Assembly (NCBI GenBank): GCA_013239625.1
Contig: MU054187.1
Coordinates: 3,235,757 to 3,299,756 of the forward strand
Reading direction: 5' to 3'
From: Lama guanicoe
Lineage: Eukaryota
Length of the DNA stretch: 64,000 nucleotides
Positions within the stretch are counted from its first letter, which is position 1. Each line of letters opens with the position of its first letter. Under the pieces are notes generated by a model. The model saw nothing but the letters and a program-made list of their open reading frames with translations, was not told the origin of the DNA and made no database searches. This document shows positions 24,938 through 37,779 of the stretch, one piece after another. A program made the position numbers and the translations under genes.

Positions 24938-27353
24938 ATGCAAATCAATCAATGTAATACATCACATCAACAAGAGAAAGGACAAAACCCACATGATCAT
25001 CTCAATAGATGCAGAAAAAGCATTTGATAAAATTCAACACCCATTTATGATAAAAACTCTCACCAAAGTGGGTATAGAGGGAACATATCTCAACATCATA
25101 AAAGCTATATATGACAAACCTACAGCCAGCATAGTACTCAATGGTGAAAAACTCAAAACTTCCCACTAAAATCTGGGACAAGACAAGGATGCCCACTATC
25201 ACCACTCCTATTCAACATAGTCTTGGAAGTCCTAGCCACAGCAGTCAGGCAAGAGAGAGAAATAAAAGGGATAAAAATTGGAAAAGAAGAGGTAAAAGTG
25301 TCACTATATGCCAATGACATGTTACTATATATAGAAAAGCCTAAAAGGTCAACACAAAAACTACTAGAGCTGATTGAAGAATTCAGCAAGGTAGCAGGTT
25401 ACAAGATTATCATTCAAAAATCAGTTGCATTTCTTTACGCTAATAATGATTCAACAGAAAAAGAAAGTAAAGGAACAATCCCCTTTAAAATAGCACCCGA
25501 AGTAATAAAATACCTAGGAGTAAATCTAACCAAGGAAGTGAAAGACTTAGACACAGGAAACTATAAACCACTGATGAAGGAAATTGAAGAAAACTTAAAA
25601 AAATGGAAAAATATCCCACGCTCCTGTATTGGGAGAATCAATATTGTTAAAATGGTCACACTGCCCAAGACAATCTACAGATTTAATGCAATCCCTATCA
25701 AATTACCCAGGACATATTTCACAGAACTAGAACAAGTCATAATAAAATTTATATGGAACCATCAGAGACCTAGAATTGCCAAAGCATTGCTGAAGAGAAA
25801 GAAAGAGGCTGGAGGAATAACTCTCCCAGAATTCAGACAATACTACAGAGCTACAGTCATGGCAAGACAGCATGGTATTGGTACAAAAACACACATATAG
25901 ACCAATGGAACAGAATAGAGAGCACAAAAATGAACCCACAAACTTTTGGTCAATTAATCTTCGACAAAGGAGGCAAGAATATACAATGGAATAAAGACAG
26001 TCTCTTCAGCAAATGGTGTTGGGAAAACTGGACAGCAGCATGTAAGTCAATGAAGCCAGAACACTCCCTAACACCATACACAAAAATAAACTCAAAATGG
26101 ATCAAAGACTTAAACATAAGACAAGATACAATAAACCTCCTAGAGGAAAACATAGGCAAAACATTATCTCACATACATCTCAAAAATGCTCTCCTAGGGC
26201 AGTCTACCCAAGCAATAGAAATAAAAGCAAGAATAAACAAACGGTACCTAATGAAACTTACAAGCTTCTGCACAGCAAAGGAAACAATAAGTCAAGCAAA
26301 ACGACAACCTACGGAATGGGAGAAAATTTTTGCAAATGAAACCAACAAAGGCTTGATCTCCAGAATACATAAGCAGCTCATATGACTTAACAAGAAACAA
26401 CCAAACAACCCAATCTAAAAATGGGCAGAAGACCTAAACAAGCAATTCTCCAAGGAAGACATACAAATGATCAATAGGCACATGAAAAAATGCTCCATAT
26501 CACTAATTATCAGAGAAATGCAAATCAAAACTACAATGAGGTATCACCTCACACCAGTCAGAATGGCCGTCATTCAAAAATCCACAAATGACAAATGCTG
26601 GAGAGGCTGTGGAGAAAAAGGAAACCCTCCTTCACTGCTAGTGGGAATGCAGTTTGGTGCAGCCACTGTGGAAAACAGTATGGAGATTCCTTAAAAGACT
26701 AGGAATAGACTTACTGTATGATCCAGGAATCCTGCTCCTGGGCATATTTTCAGAGGGAACCCTACTTCAAAATGACACCTGCACCCCAATGTTCATAGCA
26801 GCACTATTTACAATAGCCAAGACATGGAAATAGCATAAGTGTCCATTGACAGATGACTGGATAAAGAAGATGTGGTATATTTATACAATGGAATACTACT
26901 CAGCCATAAAAACAACAACATAATGCCATTTGCAGCAACATGGATGTTCGTGGAGAATGTCATTCTAAGTGAAGTAAGCCAGAAAGAGAAACAAAAATAC
27001 CATATGAGATTGCTCATATGTGGAATCTAAAGAAAAACAAAAACAAAAACACAAAAACAAATAAACAAAGCATAAATACAAAACAGAAACAGACTCATAG
27101 ACATAGAATACAAACTTGTGGTTGCCAAGGGGGTGGAGGGTGGGAAGGGATAGACAGGATTTCAAAATGTAGAATAGATAAACAAGATTATACTGTATAG
27201 CACAGGAAAATATACATAAGATCTTATGGTAGCTCACAGAGAAAAAAATTTGACAATAAATTATATATATGTTCATGTATAACTGAAAAATTGTGCTCTA
27301 CACTGGAATTTGACACAACATTGTAAAATGACTATAATTCAATAAAAAAAAAA
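24938..27353 (+). mobile_element. 5'-truncated LINE-1 (ORF2 RT to C-terminus, 3' UTR, polyA), inactive
   Basis: ORF pieces [59 protein letters not shown] broken by stops and frameshifts; AATAAA and A-tail at ~27341-27353. Confidence 0.97.
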
Positions 27354-27689
27354 GATGGCAGATGTCTACGAGAGAGGTGCGATGAGGGCTGGCAGGGTAA
27401 ACGGGAGATGGGTGGTGTCTCTCTGTGCCGTCGATGCACGTACAGAAGACCCCTCTGAGATCTATGAAATATGTCCCTTTCGAAAAGGCAGTAAGTCCAA
27501 GATGACGCTCCAAGGTAGCGTGTAGTTTAATAACAATATAGTCCATTAAACCATCAACAACACAAGCCTTGAAAATTATCCTAAAACCAATCTTGACACG
27601 TAATTAAGAAACGGTGACTGAGCTGAGTCGAAAGACACTTCATTTGACTCTGCAGCGTAACGAACACTTGTTCCTGCTCATCTTGGCGC

Positions 27690-27985
27690 TGCCAGCACCT
27701 GCCCTTGTCTGGCTTGCTCCTCTACCCAGTTTTCAGTGTCAGGTTTCCCATCACTTCCTTTGGGAAGTCATCGTGCTCCCCTCAGATTAGGCTGGGTGCT
27801 CCTTCACGTGCTGCACTGGGGCCTGAACTTGAGCTGTTTCTTGCTTAATGGCCTGACTTCTTCATTAGACTATAAGCTCCATGAAGGCTTGGAGTTTGTC
27901 CATTTTGTCCTCACACCCAGCAGCCGGCTGAGCGCCTGACGCACAGGAAAGGCTTAATTAATATCCACTGGAGTCATAAATGCTT
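27690..27985 (+). mobile_element. L2 3' fragment
   Basis: ttagactataagctccatgaaggc motif. Confidence 0.65.
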
Positions 27986-28080
27986 CAGGGTGCAGGGCAG
28001 ACTCCTTACTGTGCACAATTCTTGTCAGACCCAATCAGACTCACAGGTTCTGTCTCATGAGGTCGGCCAGACCCCCTCAC

Positions 28081-28119
28081 CACGGAGAGTCAGAAACAGA
28101 TTTTCTATGAATCTGTTCA
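28081..28119 (-). pseudogene. Fossil micro-exon NRFIENLFLTLR (39 nt)
   Basis: ccttttgtctttcaag acceptor, G|GTGAGG donor, symmetric and open. Confidence 0.5.
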
Positions 28120-29194
28120 CTTGAAAGACAAAAGGTGCCAGTTTGTGGTAATGGGAGCAAAGCTGTTCTCCACCGAGTCCACTGTCAAGAGCATCTCCCG
28201 ACCCCTGCAGGATCCAGATGCAGGTCTGTGCCATCCCAGGAGCACAGCACGGGGATCTTATTTGTATTAACATGTGCAAATGATTGGCGATTGATTTGAT
28301 TTTGCACCTGCCTAGGATCTCCTCGGGGCATTGCTCTGTACCCCCGGAATCAGGTTCTTCAAAGTACGGCTTTCAAAAGTGTGAGTTGCCTCTCAAACTG
28401 CTACTCACACTTGCATGCGCAAACGTCACATTTCCCTCCGGAAGCCTTATACAATCACCGTTTCAGAGTCGTGGGCAGGGTGCCAAGTTGGACATCCTGC
28501 TGTTTACTCCAGCTAGCCTTTTGCATAGTTAATAGGAGCCAGAACGTGGGCTGACCACTTCACGGGCACCGTGTCACTTCACTCACGATAATTCTGTATG
28601 TTGGCATGTTCGTTATGCACGTTCTACAGGCAAGAAAACAGAAGCACAGAGAACTCATGAACCTCTCCAGCGTCTGTTTCCAATAGTTGCTGAGCTAAAA
28701 ATATGGCATCTGTTAAGCTAAGTAGGAACCCGCCTGACACCAGAATCCAAGTGCTGGCCTGCCTCTCCCCTCACAAACACTGAGGTTTGTTGCAACCACA
28801 TGTCAATGTCACAACAAGAATCACCACAGGAGGAAAAAAAATCTCCTTATATGTAATTCGCTTTTTAGGATTTTTGACTCTTATTTACCACTAAATCCCT
28901 TGAACTTCAGCAAGCATGAAGTAAGTACTTAAGGATGGAACGGGGTCCCATAAATGGGACATCACCACTTCCCAACCCAGAACATTAATCTCAGTCACCC
29001 TAGCCGAAGCTGCCCACTGGAGAAGGCACAGCATGGTAGACCACAGATATGTTTCTCTTCCCTTTGGCCCCTGCATAGACTTCTAAATTTTAATTAGCTT
29101 CCAAGATGTAAAAAGTGAAATATTTTACATGAATATCTGGATTCCTTCATTCTTATGAAAACCTACATGACCTGGCAACCTCCACTTGTATGGC

Positions 29195-30431
29195 AAATTT
29201 TGGGCAAAGATGCAAAGGAAATTCAATAGACTAATGACAGCCTTTTCAACAGATGGTACTGGAGCAAATGAACATCTATAGAAAAAAAAATTCAACCTAA
29301 GAGTCTCAAACTTTATACATACAAAATTACGGCAAAATGGATCATAGACTTACGCGTATAACGCAAAACTACAAGAACTTTAGAAAAAAATACAGATGAA
29401 AATCTTTGAGCTCTAGAACAAGGCAAAGAATTTTTAAACTTAACACAAAAAACAAATCCATAAAAAGAAAAACTGACAAATTGGACTTCATAAATATTAA
29501 AACCTTTTGCCCTTTTAGAGGCCCTACTGAGAGGAGGAAAGGACGGGCTGCAGATTGGGAGACGTATTTGCAAACCATACTGTCTGACAAAGGACGAGTA
29601 CCTAGAAAATATAAAGAGTCTTAAAAGTCAATGGTGGGGGGAAAAAAAAACAGCAACAGTCCAACTAAGACACAGGCAAGAGACGTGAAGAGCATTTTAC
29701 CAAAGACTTGTCTGAACGGCAAATCCGCACAAGACAAGACGTCCGGCATCGTTAGCCGTTAGAGAAACAGGCACTAAAAGCCACGTGAGACGGCACGGCC
29801 GCCCTGTCAGAATGGCTACAGCAAGCGGCAGTGACCACTGCAAATGCTGGTGAGGATAAAGTGAGAAACTGGACCCCACATACACCGCGGGTGGGAGTTT
29901 CAATGGTACAGTCATCCTGGAAAAGAGTCGGCCAATTCTTACAGCAGTAACTGTGGAAATCTCAAGTGACCCAGCCATCGCACTGCTGGGCATTCACCCT
30001 AGAGAGAGGAAGACTCACATTCACACGGAAGGCTGTATACCAACGTTCACAGTGGCTTTATTCATAACCCTCAAAAACTGGAAACAACAACAGTCGGTGA
30101 ACGGCTGAACAAACACATCTCCATTTACACAACATCCTTGAAATAAGATCGTACACATGGAGAACAGGTTAGTGGTGGCCCAGGGCTAAGGAGGGGGTAG
30201 AAACAGAGGCAAGAGGGCATGGCTGTAAAAGGGCGACGGGCGGGAACCCAGTGCTGATGGGAGCGCTCTGCCTCTTGGTGGCGGACTGTGATTGGTTGTG
30301 ATTTTGTGCTGAAGTGCTGTCAGATGTTACCATTGGGGAAAACTGAGGGAAGCCTACATGGGACCTCTATGTATTATTTCTTACAACTGCACGTGAACCT
30401 ACAATCTCAAAATGAAAAGTTTAATTTAAAA
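29195..30431 (+). mobile_element. Old L1 3' part (L1MC/MD-like)
   Basis: ORF2 3' remnants (KTDKLDFINIKTFC) and 3' UTR gatgttaccattggggaaaactg..ttcttacaactgcacgtgaa. Confidence 0.85.
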
Positions 30432-30802
30432 AGTGTGCATCAAAGGGTTTGATTAAGTAGTAGGTCAAATGGAGTGGAAGTGACTGGACCTTGATTAAGT
30501 GGAGAAGTAATTAGAGTGGCTCACACTGAAGCTGAGTCCTCTCCCCGAGATAAAGCGAAGTGTTATTAAAGAGGGAGAGACATCTAAGTGCCTCTGCTGG
30601 CTTTATCCAGAGAGAGAAGCTTTTTAGTGATTTTAATTGACAGAATCTCTTTAATCCCCAAAACATCATTAGGCTGTGTACCTCTGCATATAGATTGAAT
30701 GTGAATTCATTTCAAGTTAAAAGGAATCCAGAATCAAAGTTCAAAATACTCTTAAATTCCAGTGTTTAATAACATCGGTAACTGTAACTAAACCTCAGTT
30801 AC

Positions 30803-31005
30803 CTCGGCCTGAGATTCCAGGCGCGTAGCTTGAGGACGGCTCTGCTTGTCTGCATTACTTTGAGCATAACGTATGCATGCGTGTGTTTACGCTGTCAGAG
30901 TGAATTCTTCGTTGGCATTTATCAAAAGCCTCTGACCTCTACACGGTGTGTGCAGCCTCTCAACCCTGTGAACGTTTTCAAATTCTAGCAGCACATCCAG
31001 TTAAT
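30803..31005 (-). pseudogene. Fossil exon *LDVLLEFENVHRVERLHTPCRGQRLLINANEEFTLTA*THACIRYAQSNADKQSRPQATRLESQAE
   Basis: gcaatttcag acceptor, GAG|GTAACT donor, 203 nt, phase 1-0. Confidence 0.5.
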
Positions 31006-31139
31006 CTGAAATTGCACATTTCAGTTCCTGGCTTGAACACTTTTCATACTAATTTTTCTTCATCAATATATACTTCCTTCTATATTTTTCCTTAACTGTA
31101 TCCTTGGAAAAGCTAACAAAATACTCAATGAAAACTCAC

Positions 31140-31267
31140 TATTATCAGACAAGATGCATTTCTTGGGGTAGCTCAACTGAGCTCATCTGACATCTGAGTC
31201 TTTCTTCATGGATGGGATGGTTAATCCAATCCTGCCCCCGTGACATGGATTGCAGCATTTAGTTCTT
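31140..31267 (-). pseudogene. Fossil exon candidate (128 nt, frameshifted)
   Basis: ttttaaattgtag acceptor, A|GTGAGT donor. Confidence 0.45.
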
Positions 31268-31399
31268 CTACAATTTAAAATGCCATCTCTTACGGTTGTG
31301 AAGGCTGAGTTTTATCCAGGAGGAGGCTCCCTGCCATCTGAACACGGACTTGTTCGCGATGCGTGGTGGGGGTGGGAGGAGTGTTGTCTTTGCAAAGTG

Positions 31400-31600
31400 A
31401 AGCATTTACTACCAGGTTCAACTCATCGGTCCACCATTTATTCGCTGTATGACTTAGGGTAACTATTCTAACTTCTCTGCACCTCAGTTTCTTCATCTGT
31501 AAAAATTGGACAATGATAGTACCCACCTCCTGGGGGGCTGATGAAGGTTAGATGTTCGTAAAGCTCTTAAAACAGCCCCGGCACAAAGTAAGCGATGCGT
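31400..31600 (+). mobile_element. MIR SINE
   Basis: Core ctctgcacctcagtttcttcatctgtaaaa. Confidence 0.8.
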
Positions 31601-31880
31601 GCGGGCATATTTTTTCACCCCAGGGCTCTTGTTAACCACCTACTCCTTGCACGTTCCTGGCCCCCAGCCTGGCTTTGTCTCTGGTCAGGAAACAGCAGAG
31701 ACGGTGGCGGGGGTGGGGGCCAGGATGCACTGGTATTGACTTAACTTTAGAGTCAACAAAGTGGTGGGCGGTTGAGCATACACCACACGTGTATGTATTG
31801 TTTTGTAAATATGAAAACATTTGTGGGGGGAAGTCTGAAGTTCTCAAAATCCCGCTGATCAGAAAAATTATATTACTTAC

Positions 31881-32111
31881 ATCCTTACGGTTCCTCTTCC
31901 TTCTGGGAAGCCTTCTTATCTGACTTCCTCCCTCGACCTTATTTTCATCACCTTCTTCATGGAAAGGGTGTACGTGGTGCTTTAAAATCTAAGCTCCCTC
32001 CCTCGGGGGCTTTCTCTCCCTCTTGCCGTCAGAGGAGGACGAAGAAGAGGAAGACTGCGGAGACGTTTCAGTCTGGGTCGTCCTCTGGGTCACCCGGGCC
32101 CTGCTCAGCAT
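31881..32111 (-). pseudogene. Fossil exon MLSRARVTQRTTQTETSPQSSSSSSSSDGKRERKPPREGA*ILKHHVHPFHEEGDENKVEGGSQIRRLPRRKRNRKD (5' boundary uncertain)
   Basis: 77 codons in one frame with one TAG, ending exactly at GAT|GTAAGT. Confidence 0.55.
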
Positions 32112-32801
32112 CGACCGCCCTCCTTCCTGGTCCCCCTGCCATCACAGTTCACCCCCCTGCCCTCTGCATCCAGCTTCCAAGGAGACAAGCTGGCTCGTAG
32201 ACAAGCATTGCTTTTCAGTTTACTTACAATATTTCAAAATTTAAATTTAAAATACAAATTTATTTTTGTGAGTATACGTGGCACTTTCCTTATAGTAGCA
32301 GTGGGGTTTTCTCCACCCCAAGTATGATTGTTTCTATTCAAAACATTGAGACAGAAATACATTCCAGAGGGAAATCATTAGTTCGACCTTTATTTATTTT
32401 TTTTCCCAGTATTTTCAAGACTACAGATCTGAGTCAAGTTCTCCCTTCCTAGGAGTTTACTGATGGTCATTTGCACATGAAGAGAAGTTTGAGTTTCTGA
32501 GTCACTATTTCAACCCAGAGAAAAAGGCGTTGTCTTCTCTACAAAGGGAAAAACCTTCCTTAAATGAATATAGTCCTGTAGATGTTTGTTAAATGAAGAA
32601 TGAAATGGGGAGGTGGAGCGCGAGGAGCCACCAGCCACCAGCAAAGGAAAAGCAAACTTAAGATAATGTGCTTCTCTTTTCCTTTCAATGGTTTACTTAC
32701 TTAAAAAGATACATCCATACAGATTCGTGTTTATAGTGTGGAATACGGTCAGCTTATGTTACACATCAGATAAACTTCACCGTGAAGTGCAGCGAACCTA
32801 C

Positions 32802-32896
32802 CGTGCGTTTTCTCTCTGGTCTCTAAAACTTGTAACATAATTGCATCAGCTCTGAAAGGAGTCTTCCTAGTTGAACTTTTGTAGATTTGTGTGGTC
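32802..32896 (-). pseudogene. Fossil exon (R)PHKSTKVQLGRLLSELMQLCYKF*RPERKRT
   Basis: Polypyrimidine tract plus tag acceptor, ACG|GTAGGT donor, 95 nt, phase 1-0. Confidence 0.55.
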
Positions 32897-33007
32897 CTAC
32901 TTGTGGAAAAGAGTGAAGTGCAGCTTTGAAAATATCTCATGAAAGAAGTTAATGTGAATTTGAAAACCTTCATTTTGGTTGTTTTCCCTGATACTAAGTT
33001 TTTGTCC

Positions 33008-33034
33008 GTGTGTGTGTGTGTGTGTGTGTGTGTC
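33008..33034. repeat. (GT)n microsatellite
   Basis: Seen directly. Confidence 0.95.
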
Positions 33035-33065
33035 TACATTCAAGACTGTTTAGATATTAGTTCAC

Positions 33066-33129
33066 TGGGTAAAATCCAATCATAGTGCACAAGCCAGACT
33101 GAAAGTAAGATTTCATCATGGCGTTGGAG
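33066..33129 (-). pseudogene. Fossil exon LQRHDEILLSVWLVHYDWILP
   Basis: cttctgttttcacag acceptor, 64 nt, phase 0-1, open frame; an upstream GTAAGT donor at 33250 suggests a further exon at ~33251-33340. Confidence 0.5.
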
Positions 33130-34786
33130 CTGTGAAAACAGAAGCCATACCTCATTAATGCGCACAGAATAAACAGTCCTAAGAGTTTACTTTTATCGCT
33201 ATTATTCGTCACACAACGTTTGCAGTCTCCTGTGCAGCTGCCGGACTTACACGTGGAAATCTGTCCCTGGCACTGGGGTTTCCTCCCGCTCAGTGGGGTG
33301 ACGATGAACCGCACTGTGCTTCTGCTTAACTGCTTTTTCACTTGTTCAGTGGAGGGACAGTTTAATTCAAACATTCTTTGCACAGTTAAGTGCTTGCCTA
33401 TTTAAGCCCCAGGGCTGTCCTTGCCTGGTTTCAAAGATGCCACGGGGGATCACATGGCCAGTTCTCGCTTCCCTGACATGCAAAGTGGAATTCGCCCTGT
33501 GCCCCTCACACAACTCCCTATCGCACAAAAAGCAGCAGAAGTTCACCACACACACACCCGAGCATACGCGCGGGCACTTCTCAGTCTAAGGAATATTCGT
33601 GCTTCTGAACACAGGGCCTCTCACACACGCGTGATGGTGCCGGAAGTCTTAGCTGGTCAAACAGCCCCCATCAGGGAGGACCTGCCTATCCCAGCACTGG
33701 TGTCGCTTGCTCGGGGTTTTCAGGGGACGCGTGCGTTTTATCTGGAATAAAACATTCCGTCCGCTTATAGGGTTACTGTGTTGATCTGGTGGCATATGAA
33801 CTATGATTAGTTTGCAGACTGGCTCATTAGTACCCATCGTGCCCTGGACGGAGGGGCGGTCGCCCTCCCAGAGTGGTGTGCTGTGGAGCAGAGCATTCAA
33901 GAGGAGGGGAAGAGGGGACACATCCGAAGCCTAGGGCTTTACGTCTCTGGGACCCCGTGTGTCCCCTCAGGGCGGGACACAGAGCAGCCTAAAGGAGGAA
34001 AGGGACTCGCAGGGAACTTTGCCCCTTTCATGGTCGTGCTTGTGGCCAAACCTAACAGGCATCCTAACTTTTCAATCCACTTAAAACCCACGCTCAGAGA
34101 TGCTAGCGCCCCGGGAGCTTCCAGCGGCTCCTCGAAGGGCTGCTGTGTTCCGTCTGGGGACAGAGAGACAAACGCTCCGCGGCAGCTTTTGCACTTGAGC
34201 TGCTGTTCTGTCTGTTCGGAGGAAGGACAGCTTAATCCCCACAGGCTGCCCTGCTACAAAGCGCTTTTCAACGCAGCGTATTTTTCTCGAACGCTGCGAA
34301 TTTCTCAAGTGCACCGTTTCCCTCCGTACGCAAGTGAGTGGCCCCGTGCTCACCTTTGACGCACCAGCCATTTTCCAGACTGGTTCTCACCGCGAACCGT
34401 GTAATACGTTCGCTCACAGGAATTTTTCTTATTAAGACAAATGAGCAGGTTCTGGACGCCCACAGAGGGCCTGGGTGTTTGACTTCGTGGCACTTCTATT
34501 TTTAATGACAACATTCAGCCAAACACAATTTAACCCCTGAGAGCCCTTCTTCGCCGCAGTCAGTTAGAAGCGAGTGTCACCGATGTTACCGCTCTGCTAA
34601 GAATAGTCCGCAGATGTGCTTTTAAGCAAAGAGGGATTTAAAAATAAATGTATTTGACAAGTTGCTGATCAGAAGCCTATATTTACCACAACCGAATTAG
34701 AACGGTGTTGCACAGACGCTGGAGTTTATCCTGGAAATTTCCTGACATGTGTTCGGGTCTGACCTCGGAAGTCTTCCTTCCATTAC

Positions 34787-34869
34787 TTTGGAAAGACGTC
34801 TGGGCTCCTCTGGGCCGCACTTTTTCTTACAACTCAAAGAGGACTTTTCTGCTCATGGTCTTTTGACTT
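34787..34869 (-). pseudogene. Fossil exon candidate (E)VKRP*AEKSSLSCKKKCGPEEPRRLSK
   Basis: 83 nt, phase 1-0, AAA|GTAATG donor; weak acceptor. Confidence 0.35.
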
Positions 34870-36304
34870 CTAACCTCACACATTAACAAGTCACTGCCAA
34901 GTACATTGTCATCAGAAACGGTCCGATCCTTAACATAGGTCACGTTGCTGCACACGGGGAAAAGGGAACACTTTTTTTTTTCTAAAAGCCAAATAGGTAA
35001 CTCTACATAACCACTAAATATAATGTTTTTTGAAATTAGATTAAGTACTAAAGTGTAGCACTTTTAGAGTTGCGCACATCTCATGGGTCAAATACTGCTG
35101 TTTGAGGTTTCAGCCGCTACCCCAGACTCTGGAACGGGAGCACTGCTAGGCCCAGCATAAGCAGGAGGGAGGCCCGGGCTGGACTCAGCAGCAGAGGACA
35201 TCCGTGTTCCCGGCCCCACCAAGGCGCCTCCTGAGCCTTCTGAGCGGCGGACAGGAGGGCACGCGCATCTTGCAAGCTGCTGTTCGCAATCCCAGGGTCA
35301 GGAAACTGGCCAGCTGAGGCTCTGCTTTTTAGGGCTGAATCCTCATCTCTTGTGGGTCTTCATCTTGCAGGAGAAACAGAAAAGCATGGACAGCGCAGAC
35401 TTAATGAGACAAAAAGAAAGAATACAGTTTGTTACGCCGTCAGGTTCAGTTGCAAAGCTATTTATAAAAACAGTTAAGCCAAAAAAAGGTCCTCTGTTCT
35501 GACCACAGAAAATGAAAGAAAGAGAGAAATGCACCCCCACCCCGTGCTTCTGTGACCCCAGGCCCAGGGCTGTGGGGTGACCATCCTGCTCATCAGTTCC
35601 CTTCTCTGGGCTCTACATCCCCTCTGCGGGACAAAGCGGTTCGACTTGATTGTCTCCATGGACCTTTCCAGCTTCAGGAGCTGACGGACGCAGACACCCA
35701 GGGAGGTCCGGCTGCTGGCGCACCTGAGCGCAGGGTCTGCCCACTGCGAGGGTGCACAGGCGTCCGTGCTCAGTGTTTCTCGTTACTTCCACTGCTGTTT
35801 CTGCCATATCTAGTTTTCTAAGCAAGGGAAAGAAATCTATGTTACCAAAGTTATGGAACTTGCTGTTTCTGCTCGGAATTCAACACAGAGATTGAAGATT
35901 AAATATGTGTTCTTCATAGTAAAAAAAAAAGAAATTCTATAAAGGAAGTCAGTTGTGCATGGAGGTACTGACAGCGGGATTCTGATACCCAATGTGCGTC
36001 AAGAGATGGTTTCAGCAAGCAGCTTATTCAGTTCACTATATTAAGGAGGGAGGTTCCTAGCCCAAATCAGATTTCGAAGTTGACACGTGATTTCTGAATC
36101 AAGGTGAAGTAGAGAAACAGATGAAGGTCTAAGGATATTGATCTAATCTCAAGGGTTTATAACACGAGTCCAAAACTTCCTTTACTGTAATTAGGTTCCC
36201 AGCTAACTACATGGCTGATTTTAGAGTCTTGCGGGAAAGAAATCCCAAAAGCCAAGCCCCCCCCCCAATTGTATGGATCTGAGAATATGAATGATGTAAG
36301 GAGG

Positions 36305-36610
36305 ATGGACAAACATTTGCTAAGTGCCCGCTGTGTGACACGGACAAGGCTAGTTACTATACATGCATTGTTTTATTTACTGAAAGGCAGTTTTCATACT
36401 GATAAACTTATGGGCTCTAAAATCAACTGTCTGGGTCAAATCTGTCTATCTTATTCACTATCAATAAAATATAGGCGTGTTAGTCGGTCTGTGTATGCTT
36501 CAACTTTCTCATCTATAGAATGGGGATTTTAAACAATACCTGCTTCTTGGGACAGCTGGGACGATTAAATAAGGTCGTGCCACACGGCGATTCAGGCAAG
36601 ACCCAAAGGA
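36305..36610. mobile_element. MIR fragments in opposite orientations
   Basis: aacatttgctaagtgcccgctgtgtg (minus), then ctttctcatctatagaatgggga (plus). Confidence 0.6.
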
Positions 36611-37779
36611 GATCCCCACACTGACAGACAGTATACCTGCGTTTCTTAAAATTCATGGCTGAGCCAGAATTGTTCGGCATGTGGTTCAGATAGACCCACA
36701 CTGGTGATTTAGATGTGGGAACAAGAGGAATGAGACATGTTTAAAATTAAATGTTCAGTGAGCAAAGCATAAATGTGAAGACTGGTGGGACTTCCTTTAA
36801 AGAAGCGAGGAGGGCACAGACACAAGATGAATGGACTGAAACTGAAAAGGCTCTTGGCAATCACGAGTGAAGATGTGGCAACTAGAGCAGCTGAGGGGCA
36901 GAGAGAGCTTGGGTCCAGCATGACTCAGTGAGCGGGACGCCAGGGACGCATTGCCTGATGAAGAAAGTTAGCTTAGGTCTGAACTCAATTCAGAGGGAGC
37001 ACCTAAAGCCGTGCACCGAAATAGCCTTGCGTGTTCGCTGAGCTGTGACTCAGAACAGGCTCCTTCCTGGCCTGAAGGTGAATGAAATATGGAATAGGAA
37101 GCAAAACACAAAGAGAGGATGAAAAAAGGGAGAGGCTTATAAAAGAAGATGCTAAGAAATGAGTGCACCCAGATCAGTTTAAAGAAGAGCTCAGTGGTCT
37201 TCTATGCCAGGCAGTACAGTCTATTAGACAGATAAAGAAAACCCTCCGGTACAAAAACTCATAACGTGTGAGACCTAATGTATTAAAAAAAATATGGAGC
37301 ATGGCTGAGTTGGCAGGAATATAAGGACAAGAGAAGTTACCAACTACAGGAAAGCATGACCCAGCACAGGGAGTTTGAAGCCAGCTTTTATTCTGAGAGC
37401 ATCTGCTCATCCCTGAGCTTTAATGAGCCCAAGCAGTGAAGAGGGCCAGTCAGAGATCCCAACAGAAAGACAGAGCCTCCGAGTGTGGGGGAACCCGAGC
37501 AGAGATGAGGTGAGAGATGGAGAAAATGACTTTGCATAGGGGAAACTGCGCGGCTCAGCCTAGACTCTGGGCAGAGAAGTGAACACAATTAAAATGTGCC
37601 CTAACAGAACTTCCCGCCACCTGCTCCGTCTGACACGGACATGTGTTTTAAATTCACATCACCTGGGGGAACTGAAGATCCTAAAAATTTAATTGAAAGT
37701 GCTATGGATTGATTTTTCCCCCAAGCACTTGTCAGAAGGAAACACAAATGCACTTTGAATCCATGCCTCAAATAATGTG

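Noticed and set aside
25223..26385. 225-aa and 151-aa ORFs as a host gene or novel reverse transcriptase system
   Set aside because: Ordinary LINE-1 ORF2 fragments.
28410..28520. Additional minus-strand exon candidate (also ~56530-56650 and ~53324-53421)
   Set aside because: One splice boundary is weak or the phase is inconsistent; plausible but not supportable without a homolog.
35371..35480. Plus-strand acceptor followed by EKQKSMDSADLMRQKERIQ..
   Set aside because: Isolated, with no clear donor or partner exons on that strand.
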